From: a virus
DNA length: 64,000 bases
Reading direction: 5' to 3' (one strand)
Virus record (IMG/VR): IMGVR_UViG_3300031334_000002
Span: 1 to 64,000 of that record
Shown piece by piece: positions 30,719 through 40,402 of this stretch. Position 1 is the first letter of the stretch, and every line of letters begins with the position of its first letter. The notes below the pieces were generated by a model. The model worked only from the letters and a program-made list of their open reading frames with translations, ran no database searches and was not told where the DNA came from. Made by a program: the position numbers and the translations under genes.

Positions 30719-31056
30719 TTTATTTTGTCCGTTTTCTTGTAGTTTTTGGTTTTTTTATTTTTTCTAATTCTTCTTTTAGAAGTTTGTTTTCTTGTTTTAA
30801 TTCTTCTGCAAATTCAACTACTTTACTGTTTTCTTCTTTTACCGCCAAACAAAGCTCATCATAAGACATTTCTATTTGAAGTGCATTCGCTATTTTACTC
30901 TGCAAATCCTGAACTAATTTAAAGGAATGATATGCTTTAGATACGTCTTCACAATCTAAATTATCTAATTTTACGTTTTGTGCTATTAATTTTAATAGAT
31001 AACCACTAACTAAATGATCCGACTTTACAAACTTCATAAACACTCCGAGTTAAATT

Positions 31057-31090
31057 AAAAATAGGGGCATCTTCATAATACCCCTAAAAT
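31057..31090 (-). terminator. Putative intrinsic terminator
   Basis: TAGGGG...CCCCTA stem with T-run on - strand, right after the 31096 stop. Confidence 0.55.
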
Positions 31091-31095
31091 TAAAA

Positions 31096-31851
31096 TTATG
31101 CAAGTTCTAAAATACGAATATCCGCAGTACCAGAAGCTGAAATTGCATGAAAGTCTAGTCCCGAACCGACTTTCAGTGTAATCGAACCTCTTGCTGGAAC
31201 TCTAATTCCGTTAGAGATCGTAACACTGGCGTTTCCAAGAAAAACGGCTCTATTATCTAGGTTTTGAATCGTTATCTCTTTCCTTTCGGTTAAAGCTGAC
31301 GATACTAACTGAGTTGCAACATTTGTAACACTTATTGCAGAAGTAGCAAACCCCGTTGCTGCTCTATCAACCACTTTAAGGTCTGTATTTGTTGACACTC
31401 CTGCTAAAGTGGTGCCGTCGCCAATTCTTAGTGAATCAAAGTTAGCCCCAGTGTGTTCAAGTTGAACGTTAAGGTCGCCAGCAGTAATTTGAATATCACC
31501 AGTAGCTGATGTTAGTTTCACAGGCAGAGGTTGGTTGTTTGCAGGTGTTATGCTGTCTTCGATAACTTCAACAACAGCGCCATCTAGTCTAAACTTAACC
31601 GGACTGTCCAGTGTAGCATTAACGTTAATAGAACCGTCAGCTTGGACATCTAATTCATCACCATCAGAATCAACTATAGAAATACCACCAGTAGATCCTG
31701 CTAAATTAACATCGAGCGCTTGTACTGCTCCTGTTGTGTTTGTGTGCGTCAGTAATGTTCCGTCCGAAGAACGAAGATAAGCACCAACAGAATCACTATC
31801 TGCAATTTCTGTTGGATCGAAAATTAATTGGTCTTTTCCAATTACACTCAT
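31096..31851 (-). CDS. Virion decoration/fibre protein
   Basis: ALDVN repeats; C-terminal RKEITIQN..VFLG domain; preceded by late motif. Confidence 0.55.
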   Translation of the reverse strand: MSVIGKDQLIFDPTEIADSDSVGAYLRSSDGTLLTHTNTTGAVQALDVNLAGSTGGISIVDSDGDELDVQADGSINVNATLDSPVKFRLDGAVVEVIEDSITPANNQPLPVKLTSATGDIQITAGDLNVQLEHTGANFDSLRIGDGTTLAGVSTNTDLKVVDRAATGFATSAISVTNVATQLVSSALTERKEITIQNLDNRAVFLGNASVTISNGIRVPARGSITLKVGSGLDFHAISASGTADIRILELA

Positions 31852-31866
31852 AAAACCTCCCTAAGG

Positions 31867-32808
31867 TTATGTCCAGTAAACCAATTCTACAGTTTTACCG
31901 GGTTTATTTGTTTCAAAGAATATCGTAACGCTAGTTGTTAAAAGGTTATCTTCTGTATATATAATCGCCCTCTTTAATTCAAGAAAACTCCCTGCTGCGT
32001 CATATTTTATTTTTAGTTTTGTATCGTTCTCTCTTACTTTTATAGTAAATTTTTTGGTATTATCAGGTAGTGCTATTGATTGTTCAGTATTAGCCAATAG
32101 CACCGTCAGGTTTACGATTGTTGGAGTTCTCGAACTTGATTCTAAAGTCACTTCAATAGGACTTGTATCTATAACCTCAAAGGTTTTTTCATAAGGATTA
32201 TAAACATACTTAATGTCGTTTTGTTGAGGGAAATCGTAAGTCTTTACTAAACTTGAGATACCATCCTGTATTGTATCGAAATTAAACCCCGTATCAAAAT
32301 CTGAAATACTAGATTGACCTATTACTTCATTTTCTATTTGTATTTTATTACCAAGTAACATTTTAACATTAAACTCTGGTATGTTATTTAAAACGAGTTG
32401 ACTTGCTAAGGCTGTAATTCCTGCAGGATCATTGAAAGCCACTGGCACTTCTATTCCTGTTCTACCGGGTATTTCAGGATCTACTCCTGTCCCTCCTACA
32501 TTATACCAAACATAAAATTGTTTTTCGTTCTGTCCCGAGTTAATAAGAAATGTTTTATTATTTAAACTTCCAGCAACATCAGCTAAAGTAGTTAAGTTAT
32601 ATATTCCTCTTTTTTCATCATAGTAAAAATCAGCACTTTCTACTGAGTCATTACCGTCGTAAGCTAAAACAACATGACTCCAATAAGATCCTACGATATT
32701 GTCAGTATCGATGACACGTAAAGCGTCCGCTTCTTGAGAGTGAACATTCTTTAAGACCCCTCCGGGGTCTAAGTTACTAGCATACTTCCTTGTTGGTCTA
32801 CCTACCAC
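31867..32808 (-). CDS. Virion structural protein
   Basis: FYVWYNV..G.DP...TGIEV module shared with nozzle; GTG start after GAGG. Confidence 0.55.
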   Translation of the reverse strand: MVGRPTRKYASNLDPGGVLKNVHSQEADALRVIDTDNIVGSYWSHVVLAYDGNDSVESADFYYDEKRGIYNLTTLADVAGSLNNKTFLINSGQNEKQFYVWYNVGGTGVDPEIPGRTGIEVPVAFNDPAGITALASQLVLNNIPEFNVKMLLGNKIQIENEVIGQSSISDFDTGFNFDTIQDGISSLVKTYDFPQQNDIKYVYNPYEKTFEVIDTSPIEVTLESSSRTPTIVNLTVLLANTEQSIALPDNTKKFTIKVRENDTKLKIKYDAAGSFLELKRAIIYTEDNLLTTSVTIFFETNKPGKTVELVYWT

Positions 32809-33484
32809 TATATACCTCTTTTGCCGAAAGCTGAATAGGATGATCAACTAAAGGGAAATATATTGAGAAAACATCACTCCAGTTTCCGTGAGTTCTTTTT
32901 ATTAGAAAATCACAGACTAATCCTGCGAAACGCATACTTAAAAAATTACGCTTTAACATCTCGACTTTAACCCATGTTAAAAGTTTTCCAGAGGTATGAG
33001 GTCTAGATTTCATGCAAGCAATAATACAAGCTACTCCCAATAAAGGCAAGAGGAGTCCACCTATAATAGGACAGTTTACTGCTACGTACAAAACCCAGTC
33101 TCTCGGGTGTATCAATCTTACTTCTTTATCTTTAACGTTATTATAAAAAAACAACTTTTGATTCTTTATTTCAGCCATGATCTCTTTATGAAAAACCCAG
33201 TCTTCCCTGTAACTAATTAACATTATGGCAATCAATTGATCAGGAGACATATAAGTGTCTCTTTTGTGAGCAACTCCAAATTCAACGTGTGAGGGGTTTT
33301 GCATGAACAACCCTTGTCCTACCCTGCATTTTTCTATAGAACGCTTTAAAATAGCAATTCTGGCTCTCTGATCGTTACCTTTTCTCTCCTCTAAGAGTAT
33401 ATGTTGTAGAGTCCAGAGTAGTCCATTCTCAGCTCCACTTTCATCTGGTTTTGAATTTGTTAGTCCGTATTTATCTATAAACAT
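32798..33484 (-). CDS. Hypothetical protein with hydrophobic segment
   Basis: 228-aa ORF; no recognised family. Confidence 0.5.
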   Translation of the reverse strand: MFIDKYGLTNSKPDESGAENGLLWTLQHILLEERKGNDQRARIAILKRSIEKCRVGQGLFMQNPSHVEFGVAHKRDTYMSPDQLIAIMLISYREDWVFHKEIMAEIKNQKLFFYNNVKDKEVRLIHPRDWVLYVAVNCPIIGGLLLPLLGVACIIACMKSRPHTSGKLLTWVKVEMLKRNFLSMRFAGLVCDFLIKRTHGNWSDVFSIYFPLVDHPIQLSAKEVYSGR

Positions 33485-33493
33485 TATTATCCA

Positions 33494-35014
33494 TTATATA
33501 TGAGTTACGAGTGCTCTAAATGACAATTCCGTAGATATGTGTCCTGTTATATCAGTAGAATCATACGTAACTTGACCATCGTTGTCTATGTCAAATGTTA
33601 CCCCAGATAAGTCTCCCAAGCTGGAGTATGAGATTTCCCAGACACCACCACGATTGAGTCCTAAAATCTCGAATGCTTCAAATAGATCCAAAGTTGCATC
33701 TCTACTTACTGATACTAAGGCTTTAAAAGACCTAACAACAAGTTTATCAAATAGTAAACCAGTCACATCAAGTCCACTTACGTTGTTTGCTCCTATAAAA
33801 CTAGTTAGATCTATATCTCCACTAGCCTTGGCTAAAGATCCAGCAGGAGTTGCGTTGTTTATGTATGTCTTTATTGCGTCAACCGACGGAGCTTGATCTG
33901 TTTCGTTCCCTGTTGTGGAGTTCACCACTGCTGATGTTTTAGCCCGTGCATCTGTAAAATAAAGGTTAGCGATTCCTTCACTGAGACCATCAGTATCCTC
34001 GGCAGCAAAATCTATACCAAATAGCGAACTAAAATTAGAGATAGCTACTTTTTCATTGTCAACTTCTTCAATGGCATCCTGAACGTTGGTTGCTATGATG
34101 TCGCCTGCGGGAGTAAACGTAATCTCTGAAGCTTCGTCCTTAGTTAACACTGCAGTATCTACGTAATTTTTTACAGTTAGTGATGTTGGCACTTTCGTAT
34201 CGTCTGCTGTAGAAAGAGTATCATCTAGATCAATAACTCCTGTTTTGAAATTATCTAACTCGATATTACTGACTGTATTACTATCTAGGTCTATAGTTTT
34301 ATTGAGTAAGGATTGAGTATGGGTTGTCGTTGCAATTTCTCTTAGATCGCCAACTTCGCCCACTTTCATTTTAGAAGTAAGAGTTGAATCGAACCCCAAA
34401 GCAACGTTAGTTGCATCCGACATTTCAACAGTTAGACCGGCAGTGCCTAAATCGGCAGAGACTTCAGTTCCTCCATCGTTTACTGTAATATTTGCATCAG
34501 AGACATCTAAATTAGTCGAGTTTATTGAAGTTGTTGTTCCATTGACAGTGAGATCACCAGTTACAATCATGTCTTGAATGCCAGTAACATTGCCAGAATC
34601 GTCAACAGTAATTGACGTTTGTTCCATGTCAACCCCAGTAGTTCCAACAGATTTTAATAATCTATTATCTGCAACTGGAGATATTCTGTTTACTTTTTCA
34701 TCTAATCCATCTTGTATTTTCTGAGAAGACCATAAAGTTGATGTTGTTGTTTGCGCGTCATCCTGTACTCTATGTTCTTCTATTTCAAAATTTAAAAGAA
34801 GGTCATGGTCAATGACAGTTTCATCAACATCTAAAACTAGGGTCTCGTTGCCAAATGGGTTGCCTATTGATTTGGTTATTTTTCCTGATAACGCAGGTTG
34901 TATTTTATCATCTAAGAATCCAGAGCTACTATCAGAGATTCTAGTCTTAACTCGAATGTCAGTGCCACCTGTAGCTAATAGATCTATTCCAAGTCTTTTG
35001 TACGTGTTTGCCAT
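33494..35014 (-). CDS. Tail fibre-like protein
   Basis: GDLTVNGTTT, LWSSQKI, TNVQDAIEEV, EG..NLYFTDARA motifs. Confidence 0.8.
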   Translation of the reverse strand: MANTYKRLGIDLLATGGTDIRVKTRISDSSSGFLDDKIQPALSGKITKSIGNPFGNETLVLDVDETVIDHDLLLNFEIEEHRVQDDAQTTTSTLWSSQKIQDGLDEKVNRISPVADNRLLKSVGTTGVDMEQTSITVDDSGNVTGIQDMIVTGDLTVNGTTTSINSTNLDVSDANITVNDGGTEVSADLGTAGLTVEMSDATNVALGFDSTLTSKMKVGEVGDLREIATTTHTQSLLNKTIDLDSNTVSNIELDNFKTGVIDLDDTLSTADDTKVPTSLTVKNYVDTAVLTKDEASEITFTPAGDIIATNVQDAIEEVDNEKVAISNFSSLFGIDFAAEDTDGLSEGIANLYFTDARAKTSAVVNSTTGNETDQAPSVDAIKTYINNATPAGSLAKASGDIDLTSFIGANNVSGLDVTGLLFDKLVVRSFKALVSVSRDATLDLFEAFEILGLNRGGVWEISYSSLGDLSGVTFDIDNDGQVTYDSTDITGHISTELSFRALVTHI

Positions 35015-35017
35015 GTC

Positions 35018-35374
35018 CTAATGCCTCCGCTTACCTGAAAACTCAACTACTTCGATATCACACGAACCGCTATTAATAACAAAAGCAACTCTAATGTAAT
35101 TAACACCCATTTCAGAAACATCCCAAATATGAGTTCCTGTTGCATCGGTTACATTCTGAACAGACTCATCAATCCTAGAAAAACTTTGACCATTAGTTGA
35201 AACCTCTAGGTAAAGGTCCATATCAAGTCCTACTCCATTCAAATAATCAACTTGAACCGAAAACGTATTCTCAACACCAGATATATCATAATCTTCAGTT
35301 GTAGTGTCAGAACTAATAGATTCTGGACCTTCTAGTATTTTCTTTTTTACAATAGCGTCAAGAAAGTTACCCAT
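35018..35374 (-). CDS. Small beta-sandwich virion protein
   Basis: LEVSTNG..F, YIRV pattern. Confidence 0.5.
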   Translation of the reverse strand: MGNFLDAIVKKKILEGPESISSDTTTEDYDISGVENTFSVQVDYLNGVGLDMDLYLEVSTNGQSFSRIDESVQNVTDATGTHIWDVSEMGVNYIRVAFVINSGSCDIEVVEFSGKRRH

Positions 35375-35568
35375 TATGATTCCTTCTTAAGTTTTTTAGT
35401 GACATAAGGCATCAAACTAACTAAGGCTAGTCCTATATCATTAGCCCCTAGTGCAGGGGTTACCATGATCTTCCCTAGCATTAATATTGCTGCGATATTT
35501 GAGATAGACAGGTTATTTTCATTATCTAGTATTCTAAAAAACCTACCGACTCTTTTAATCTTTTCCAT
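35374..35568 (-). CDS. Small two-TM holin-like protein
   Basis: Two hydrophobic segments, basic C-terminus. Confidence 0.4.
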   Translation of the reverse strand: MEKIKRVGRFFRILDNENNLSISNIAAILMLGKIMVTPALGANDIGLALVSLMPYVTKKLKKES

Positions 35569-35628
35569 ATGCGTATATTCCCTATTATCTATTAACCTTT
35601 GGTATTTACTTATATTTTACATTTTCTT

Positions 35629-35656
35629 TTGACAACTCTTCTTTTTTTGTTATAAT
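35629..35656 (+). promoter_or_regulatory. sigma70-type promoter antisense to the late operon
   Basis: TTGACA-16 bp-TATAAT with perfect hexamers, in an intergenic gap. Confidence 0.65.
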
Positions 35657-35758
35657 AAAAGACACGATGTGGTTGAGTATGCTAATTTCACTTTTGGTCA
35701 CATTAGCTTTTCGACACATAGATTACAGTTTTATTGTACAGATGTGACACATTGTGGA

Positions 35759-36226
35759 TTATGTATAACTTTCATATCCGGGTATATGTCTAACGGATTC
35801 CACCCACTTCTTCCACCCATCAAACTCCATCAGCTTACGTTCTAATTTACCCTTTTTTATATCTTCTGGTAAATTACGTAAATATTCTCTATACTTCCTA
35901 TATTCTTTTCTCTTGTTAGAATCTAGAGGATTGTCAGCAAGTTGAGTCCAGTCGGTTTCTTTTAAAAGAACATCCCTGTCTTCTCTTAAACGTCTCAGCT
36001 CTAGTTTTAGTTTGTCTTCTTCACATGATATGCTTAAGTTTTCTAAAAGCTTTAAACGTTTTTCTGCTAACTTTTTATCTTCTTCTTCTAGTATATATTT
36101 CTTAAAGTACTCGTATGGTTGATACTGAGGAGCTGCTGTTACCAACAACTCCTCGATATCATCTAACGCCTCAAATCTTTTGGTCCACTCAGCAGTATCC
36201 AAGACGTATTCCTTTATTCTTCCCAA
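35759..36226 (-). CDS. Tail fibre assembly chaperone
   Basis: LREDRDVLLKETDWTQLADNPL...YREYLRNLP. Confidence 0.85.
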   Translation of the reverse strand: MGRIKEYVLDTAEWTKRFEALDDIEELLVTAAPQYQPYEYFKKYILEEEDKKLAEKRLKLLENLSISCEEDKLKLELRRLREDRDVLLKETDWTQLADNPLDSNKRKEYRKYREYLRNLPEDIKKGKLERKLMEFDGWKKWVESVRHIPGYESYT

Positions 36227-36450
36227 CTAGACCATTTGTCTAGAGGGCATTTTTCTTGTCTGATTAAGCTCTTAGCTTTTATAAAACAAAAACACTCTCC
36301 ACATTGTCCTGTAGCTTTTAGCCTAGGACACCCTGCGCAAATTGCTCTTCTTTCTTCTTTAACAGCTTCTGGTACAGATTGATCTACTCCAGTAGCTGCG
36401 TTCTTAGCAATAGTAAATAGTGACTTCATACCACCTTTAATCTTGCTCAT
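36214..36450 (-). CDS. Cys-rich DUF6171-like protein
   Basis: R.AICAGC...QCGECFCFI..K....EKCP..KW. Confidence 0.75.
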   Translation of the reverse strand: MSKIKGGMKSLFTIAKNAATGVDQSVPEAVKEERRAICAGCPRLKATGQCGECFCFIKAKSLIRQEKCPLDKWSSWEE

Positions 36451-36844
36451 TTAGTAAACCTCTCATTTGCTCAAGTAGAGGTTTTAGTTCTGTAGGGTTA
36501 TTAGTTTTACCTAAGAACTCTTCGTCTTCTGGGTTAACAAAATAAAAAGAAGGAGCAGCGTAGATAGGCTCTAGTATGTCATTGCCTTCTTCGTCTTTTA
36601 GCACCTTTGAAAAAGGACGACCTGAGTGGTTTTTTAATACCTCACCTTTGTCGTCTTTTAAGTATTCTTTTGCAGGCTCTAACTCTGCATGAGCTATGTA
36701 AAGCTCAATCTTGTCTACAGGAAGAGATGCCTCAGTAAAGGTAAACTCTTTGTATTCGTTTTTTAGCTTCTCGAAAAGTAGCTTAGCTGCATCGCAAGCT
36801 CGACACCCTTCTAGTTGATAAAAAACGACCTCCATGCTACTCAT
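36437..36844 (-). CDS. Thioredoxin-fold protein
   Basis: FYQLEGCRAC CxxC; AAPSFYF cis-Pro loop. Confidence 0.7.
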   Translation of the reverse strand: MSSMEVVFYQLEGCRACDAAKLLFEKLKNEYKEFTFTEASLPVDKIELYIAHAELEPAKEYLKDDKGEVLKNHSGRPFSKVLKDEEGNDILEPIYAAPSFYFVNPEDEEFLGKTNNPTELKPLLEQMRGLLNEQD

Positions 36845-36845
36845 A

Positions 36846-39821
36846 TTACCTGACCTTTGTGATTTTTAACTGAGTATAAACTTCACTTACTCCAAAGTTT
36901 GAAGCGAGACCAAAGCCTGATGTTGACTGAGTTCTGCTACATCGGTGTTGAATTTCAAACACCTTAGCTACACTAATATTTAGTACTCCTTTGAATGGCG
37001 AGTTTGTCGGCATTGCCACGGAACTACTAGCATCATCTCCTCTAGCAGTACCGCCAATAATGCTATCAACTGAGTCTGTAATATTTCTAACTTTTGTTTT
37101 ATGAATGTTAACAAAATAAGCAGGGCCATATCCCTCAATGGTGTATTTGCCCGAATCTAAAGTAAGTTGATTTGAAGATAGCGACAAGAAATAACAGTCT
37201 CCCTCTAGGGTATTTATATCTCTAGTTCGCCACGCTCCTGATGTAAAGGTTCCCCCTGCGCTATCGTTTATCTTAACGTCTTTAACGTAGCAAGTAGGTT
37301 GATCAAGACCGTTAGGAAATACCATCGTTCTCTCGGTTTCTTTTATGTAGTCGGGTGCCATTTTCGTAATTGCGCAATGGTAGTTTCCGTCTACGTCAAC
37401 ATCGGAGCTGGCAATATATGTCCTTACGTCAAAGCCAGTTGTCGTTACATTTTTTATCTCTGCATTTACGTTCCCAAAATCATCACTTGTGCATCTTACA
37501 GATGGAATCTTTGTTAAGGATAACCCTGGGTATGCTATAGAGGTGCTTCCTGTGGCAGACCTAGATACTCCGAAGGTTCCGACAATGGACTCTTCGCTAA
37601 TGACGGCTGTTCCATTATTCGTTACCCAAAAAGCAAAATCATTCTCCACGCTGCTAGAATCTGTGCGCCCCATTACCACTACACCTTGGGCTGAGTCTGA
37701 CCAGCCTGCGATTGGTACTTCAAGCCAAAAGGTCTGAGCCTCACCTGTACCAAAAACCGTACCACCAGTTACGGGGGAAGTTTGTACCGTTGAAACTGTC
37801 CTGTCGCTTCTCCCAAGTTCAATAAACGAGTCGCCCTTTGTAGCCAAGAAATGGAGATATGTGTTTGAGTTACTTGCTCTTAATAGCCTTCCCGTAGGGA
37901 CAACTAGAGCGGTTTCCCCTCCGACTGTTAAACCATTAGGTAGACCGAGCTGAAACAAACTTCCTGTAGGTGTACCAGTTGTAAAAGTCCCTCTTATTTT
38001 CATATTAGAGCCACTTCTCATCCACTCGATTGCGACGAGGGAGGGGGTGCCTATACCTTGAAAGACTGGAGTATAGGACTCCCACTCCGAACTAGCATAA
38101 ACATCTGTAGGGGCAAGAGGGTTAACCTTAAATTCGACGTCATCAATAGTCAACACTGCACCAATATTCTCAGTGATAACTTGAATACCATAACGCATTT
38201 CGGTACAAGTTTCTGGTATATTAAATACCAATTCAGTAGGCTTAACTGTTGCATTTGCTCTTAGTGGAGCAGAGGCTATAACCGCAGAATTAGTTACATC
38301 GTATACAATTAAATCTACTTCATTATTGTTACCAGTGTATGTAGAGGAGATGTTAACTCCTGCTAATTGTCCACGCTCTTTGATATCTACAGCAAAGGCA
38401 GGAAAAGCGAAATAGTCCATAGATGAACCAGCTACTTGAGTGTATTTTATACTACGATCTCCTTTTAAAGGAGATACTTCTTCGTTAACAGGACTCGCAG
38501 AGGCAACTCCTCCACCAAGAAACGCTGCATCACTACCAGTGGTAGCATCAACAGCTTCTGTTTGTTCAAACCTCTCTACGTGGAATATATCAACTCCACC
38601 AACACCAGAACCTCCGATTGAAATTAATTCAGCATCAACAACTTGGTACATTTGTTTTTCATCAGTTGCAAAGACAATTTGACCGTTTGAAGCACCAATA
38701 GCATAAACCTCTAAGTTTACTTTAGTATCTTGTTTTACATCACTTCTAATGGGCGTTTCTAAAGACGCGCCTTGTATCGTTTTACTTGTGAGTGTTTGCG
38801 AGTCGGTAGTTCCAACAACGTCGCCAGTTACACCGTGAACTCCAGAAGTATCTCCCGTATGAGATGTTAGGTCTGCGTTAGTAGCTCTGGTATCAATATC
38901 AGTTTGAAGTTCATTTACAGCTTCTTGCATATCAGTCGCAACTAAATTACCAGAAGGAACATTAGAAATAGCTGAAGCGTCATGAGCATCTACAGCATCC
39001 GACAAGTGATCAGATAACCCAGAAGCAGCATCAGAAGCAACAGTTTCGGTTGTGTCTAGTCTTCCCTCAACTTCATCAATGGCACCTTGAACTTGAGTAG
39101 CAGCAAGTCCTGATGTTGTATTAACATACTCTATGGCTGACGCAGCATGAGCGTCCGTAGCATCGGTTATGTGAGCGTCTAGTTGTCCAGATGTAGCTCT
39201 GGTATCAATATCAGTTTGAAGTTCATTTAGAGCACCCTGAGCGTCTGTGGCAGCTAGGTTTCCTGAGGGGGTGTTTGTGATAGCGGAAGCTGCATGGGCG
39301 TCAGTTGCGTCAGCAATATGGTCATCTATATCAGATTGGGCAGAATCTCCAGATCCTTGAGCAGCAGCAGCACTGTTAGCAACGTTATCAAGAGCAGCTT
39401 GAACATCAGTTCCAGCCACATTAGGATTTGTGTCATCAAAACTGATCTCTGAAGCGTCATCCTTGCCTGCGATAGCAGAAGCAACGTGAGTTCTAACTGC
39501 AGCAGCAGAGGGAAGTTCAGTATCAGTTCCTGCAACACTGATATCGGTAGTCAAAACTCCTGATTTTAGGTTGTCTACTTCTAGGTTAGACACTGTTGCA
39601 GTATCTGCGTCAATTGTAACTGAATTGTCTGCAGAACTTAGAGTTTTGTTACTTAGTGTTTGCGTTTGATCATTCGTGACAATCTCTCTTTCAGAGCCTT
39701 CAGTAAAAATCTTTTGTTTACTATCAGCAGAGTCGTTACGAATTTCACCTTCTTCTGTTGCAGCAGAAGTAGTAGGCTTTGTTATAACGCCTTTTGTGAA
39801 TCTTTTCGATTTAATTGTCAT
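36846..39821 (-). CDS. Major tail fibre / receptor-binding protein
   Basis: Repeated DAHAASAI and DVQAALDE units; WESYTP, VPIAGW C-terminal modules. Confidence 0.85.
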   Translation of the reverse strand: MTIKSKRFTKGVITKPTTSAATEEGEIRNDSADSKQKIFTEGSEREIVTNDQTQTLSNKTLSSADNSVTIDADTATVSNLEVDNLKSGVLTTDISVAGTDTELPSAAAVRTHVASAIAGKDDASEISFDDTNPNVAGTDVQAALDNVANSAAAAQGSGDSAQSDIDDHIADATDAHAASAITNTPSGNLAATDAQGALNELQTDIDTRATSGQLDAHITDATDAHAASAIEYVNTTSGLAATQVQGAIDEVEGRLDTTETVASDAASGLSDHLSDAVDAHDASAISNVPSGNLVATDMQEAVNELQTDIDTRATNADLTSHTGDTSGVHGVTGDVVGTTDSQTLTSKTIQGASLETPIRSDVKQDTKVNLEVYAIGASNGQIVFATDEKQMYQVVDAELISIGGSGVGGVDIFHVERFEQTEAVDATTGSDAAFLGGGVASASPVNEEVSPLKGDRSIKYTQVAGSSMDYFAFPAFAVDIKERGQLAGVNISSTYTGNNNEVDLIVYDVTNSAVIASAPLRANATVKPTELVFNIPETCTEMRYGIQVITENIGAVLTIDDVEFKVNPLAPTDVYASSEWESYTPVFQGIGTPSLVAIEWMRSGSNMKIRGTFTTGTPTGSLFQLGLPNGLTVGGETALVVPTGRLLRASNSNTYLHFLATKGDSFIELGRSDRTVSTVQTSPVTGGTVFGTGEAQTFWLEVPIAGWSDSAQGVVVMGRTDSSSVENDFAFWVTNNGTAVISEESIVGTFGVSRSATGSTSIAYPGLSLTKIPSVRCTSDDFGNVNAEIKNVTTTGFDVRTYIASSDVDVDGNYHCAITKMAPDYIKETERTMVFPNGLDQPTCYVKDVKINDSAGGTFTSGAWRTRDINTLEGDCYFLSLSSNQLTLDSGKYTIEGYGPAYFVNIHKTKVRNITDSVDSIIGGTARGDDASSSVAMPTNSPFKGVLNISVAKVFEIQHRCSRTQSTSGFGLASNFGVSEVYTQLKITKVR

Positions 39822-39832
39822 TTATTTCTCCG

Positions 39833-40303
39833 TTATAAATCTATTGTTTGGGCTTTAAAAAGTATCAATGATGAAACGTGATCAGTTAAGTCACTGGAAG
39901 TATATGTGAATTGCCCACCTGAGGTTATATCTAGATTAACTCCAGTGTCATCACCAGTTGATTCGATACTAATTCTAAAATCAGCACCATTGAAATTTCC
40001 ATATATTGGACCAGATTCAGTAATAACGGAAGCTCCGCTATCAAAAGTTCTGATTACGAGATATTCAACATCTATATGTTGAACTTCACCTGTGTTAAAT
40101 ACTAATCCGGGGATGTTTTGAGGAGTTATAGAATTGTTTGCTAGGTTTGCTGCACTTATCAATATATCATTTGGTCCTAAGAAATTGGCAAGAGCCGCTG
40201 TTACACCTTCTGCCCATGCTGTGGCGTCTTCTCCGTGACCGTTACCTTCACCTTGAACTGGATAATTATATGTAGTATTACCTATTTGTAACTTGATTGA
40301 CAT
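39833..40303 (-). CDS. Virion protein (fibre-adaptor-like)
   Basis: Preceded by late motif; C-terminal domain paralogous to C-terminus of 33494-35014. Confidence 0.55.
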   Translation of the reverse strand: MSIKLQIGNTTYNYPVQGEGNGHGEDATAWAEGVTAALANFLGPNDILISAANLANNSITPQNIPGLVFNTGEVQHIDVEYLVIRTFDSGASVITESGPIYGNFNGADFRISIESTGDDTGVNLDITSGGQFTYTSSDLTDHVSSLILFKAQTIDL

Positions 40304-40348
40304 AGTGGACCTTTTAATATTCTCTAATACTAGTTGTTAAATAATACG

Positions 40349-40377
40349 AAAAGAGGGGAACAGAACGCTCCCCTCTT
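40349..40377 (-). terminator. Intrinsic terminator after major capsid gene
   Basis: AAGAGGGGA...TCCCCTCTT stem followed by T-run on - strand. Confidence 0.8.
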
Positions 40378-40402
40378 GAACTTGAATACAGGACGTATTC
40401 TA

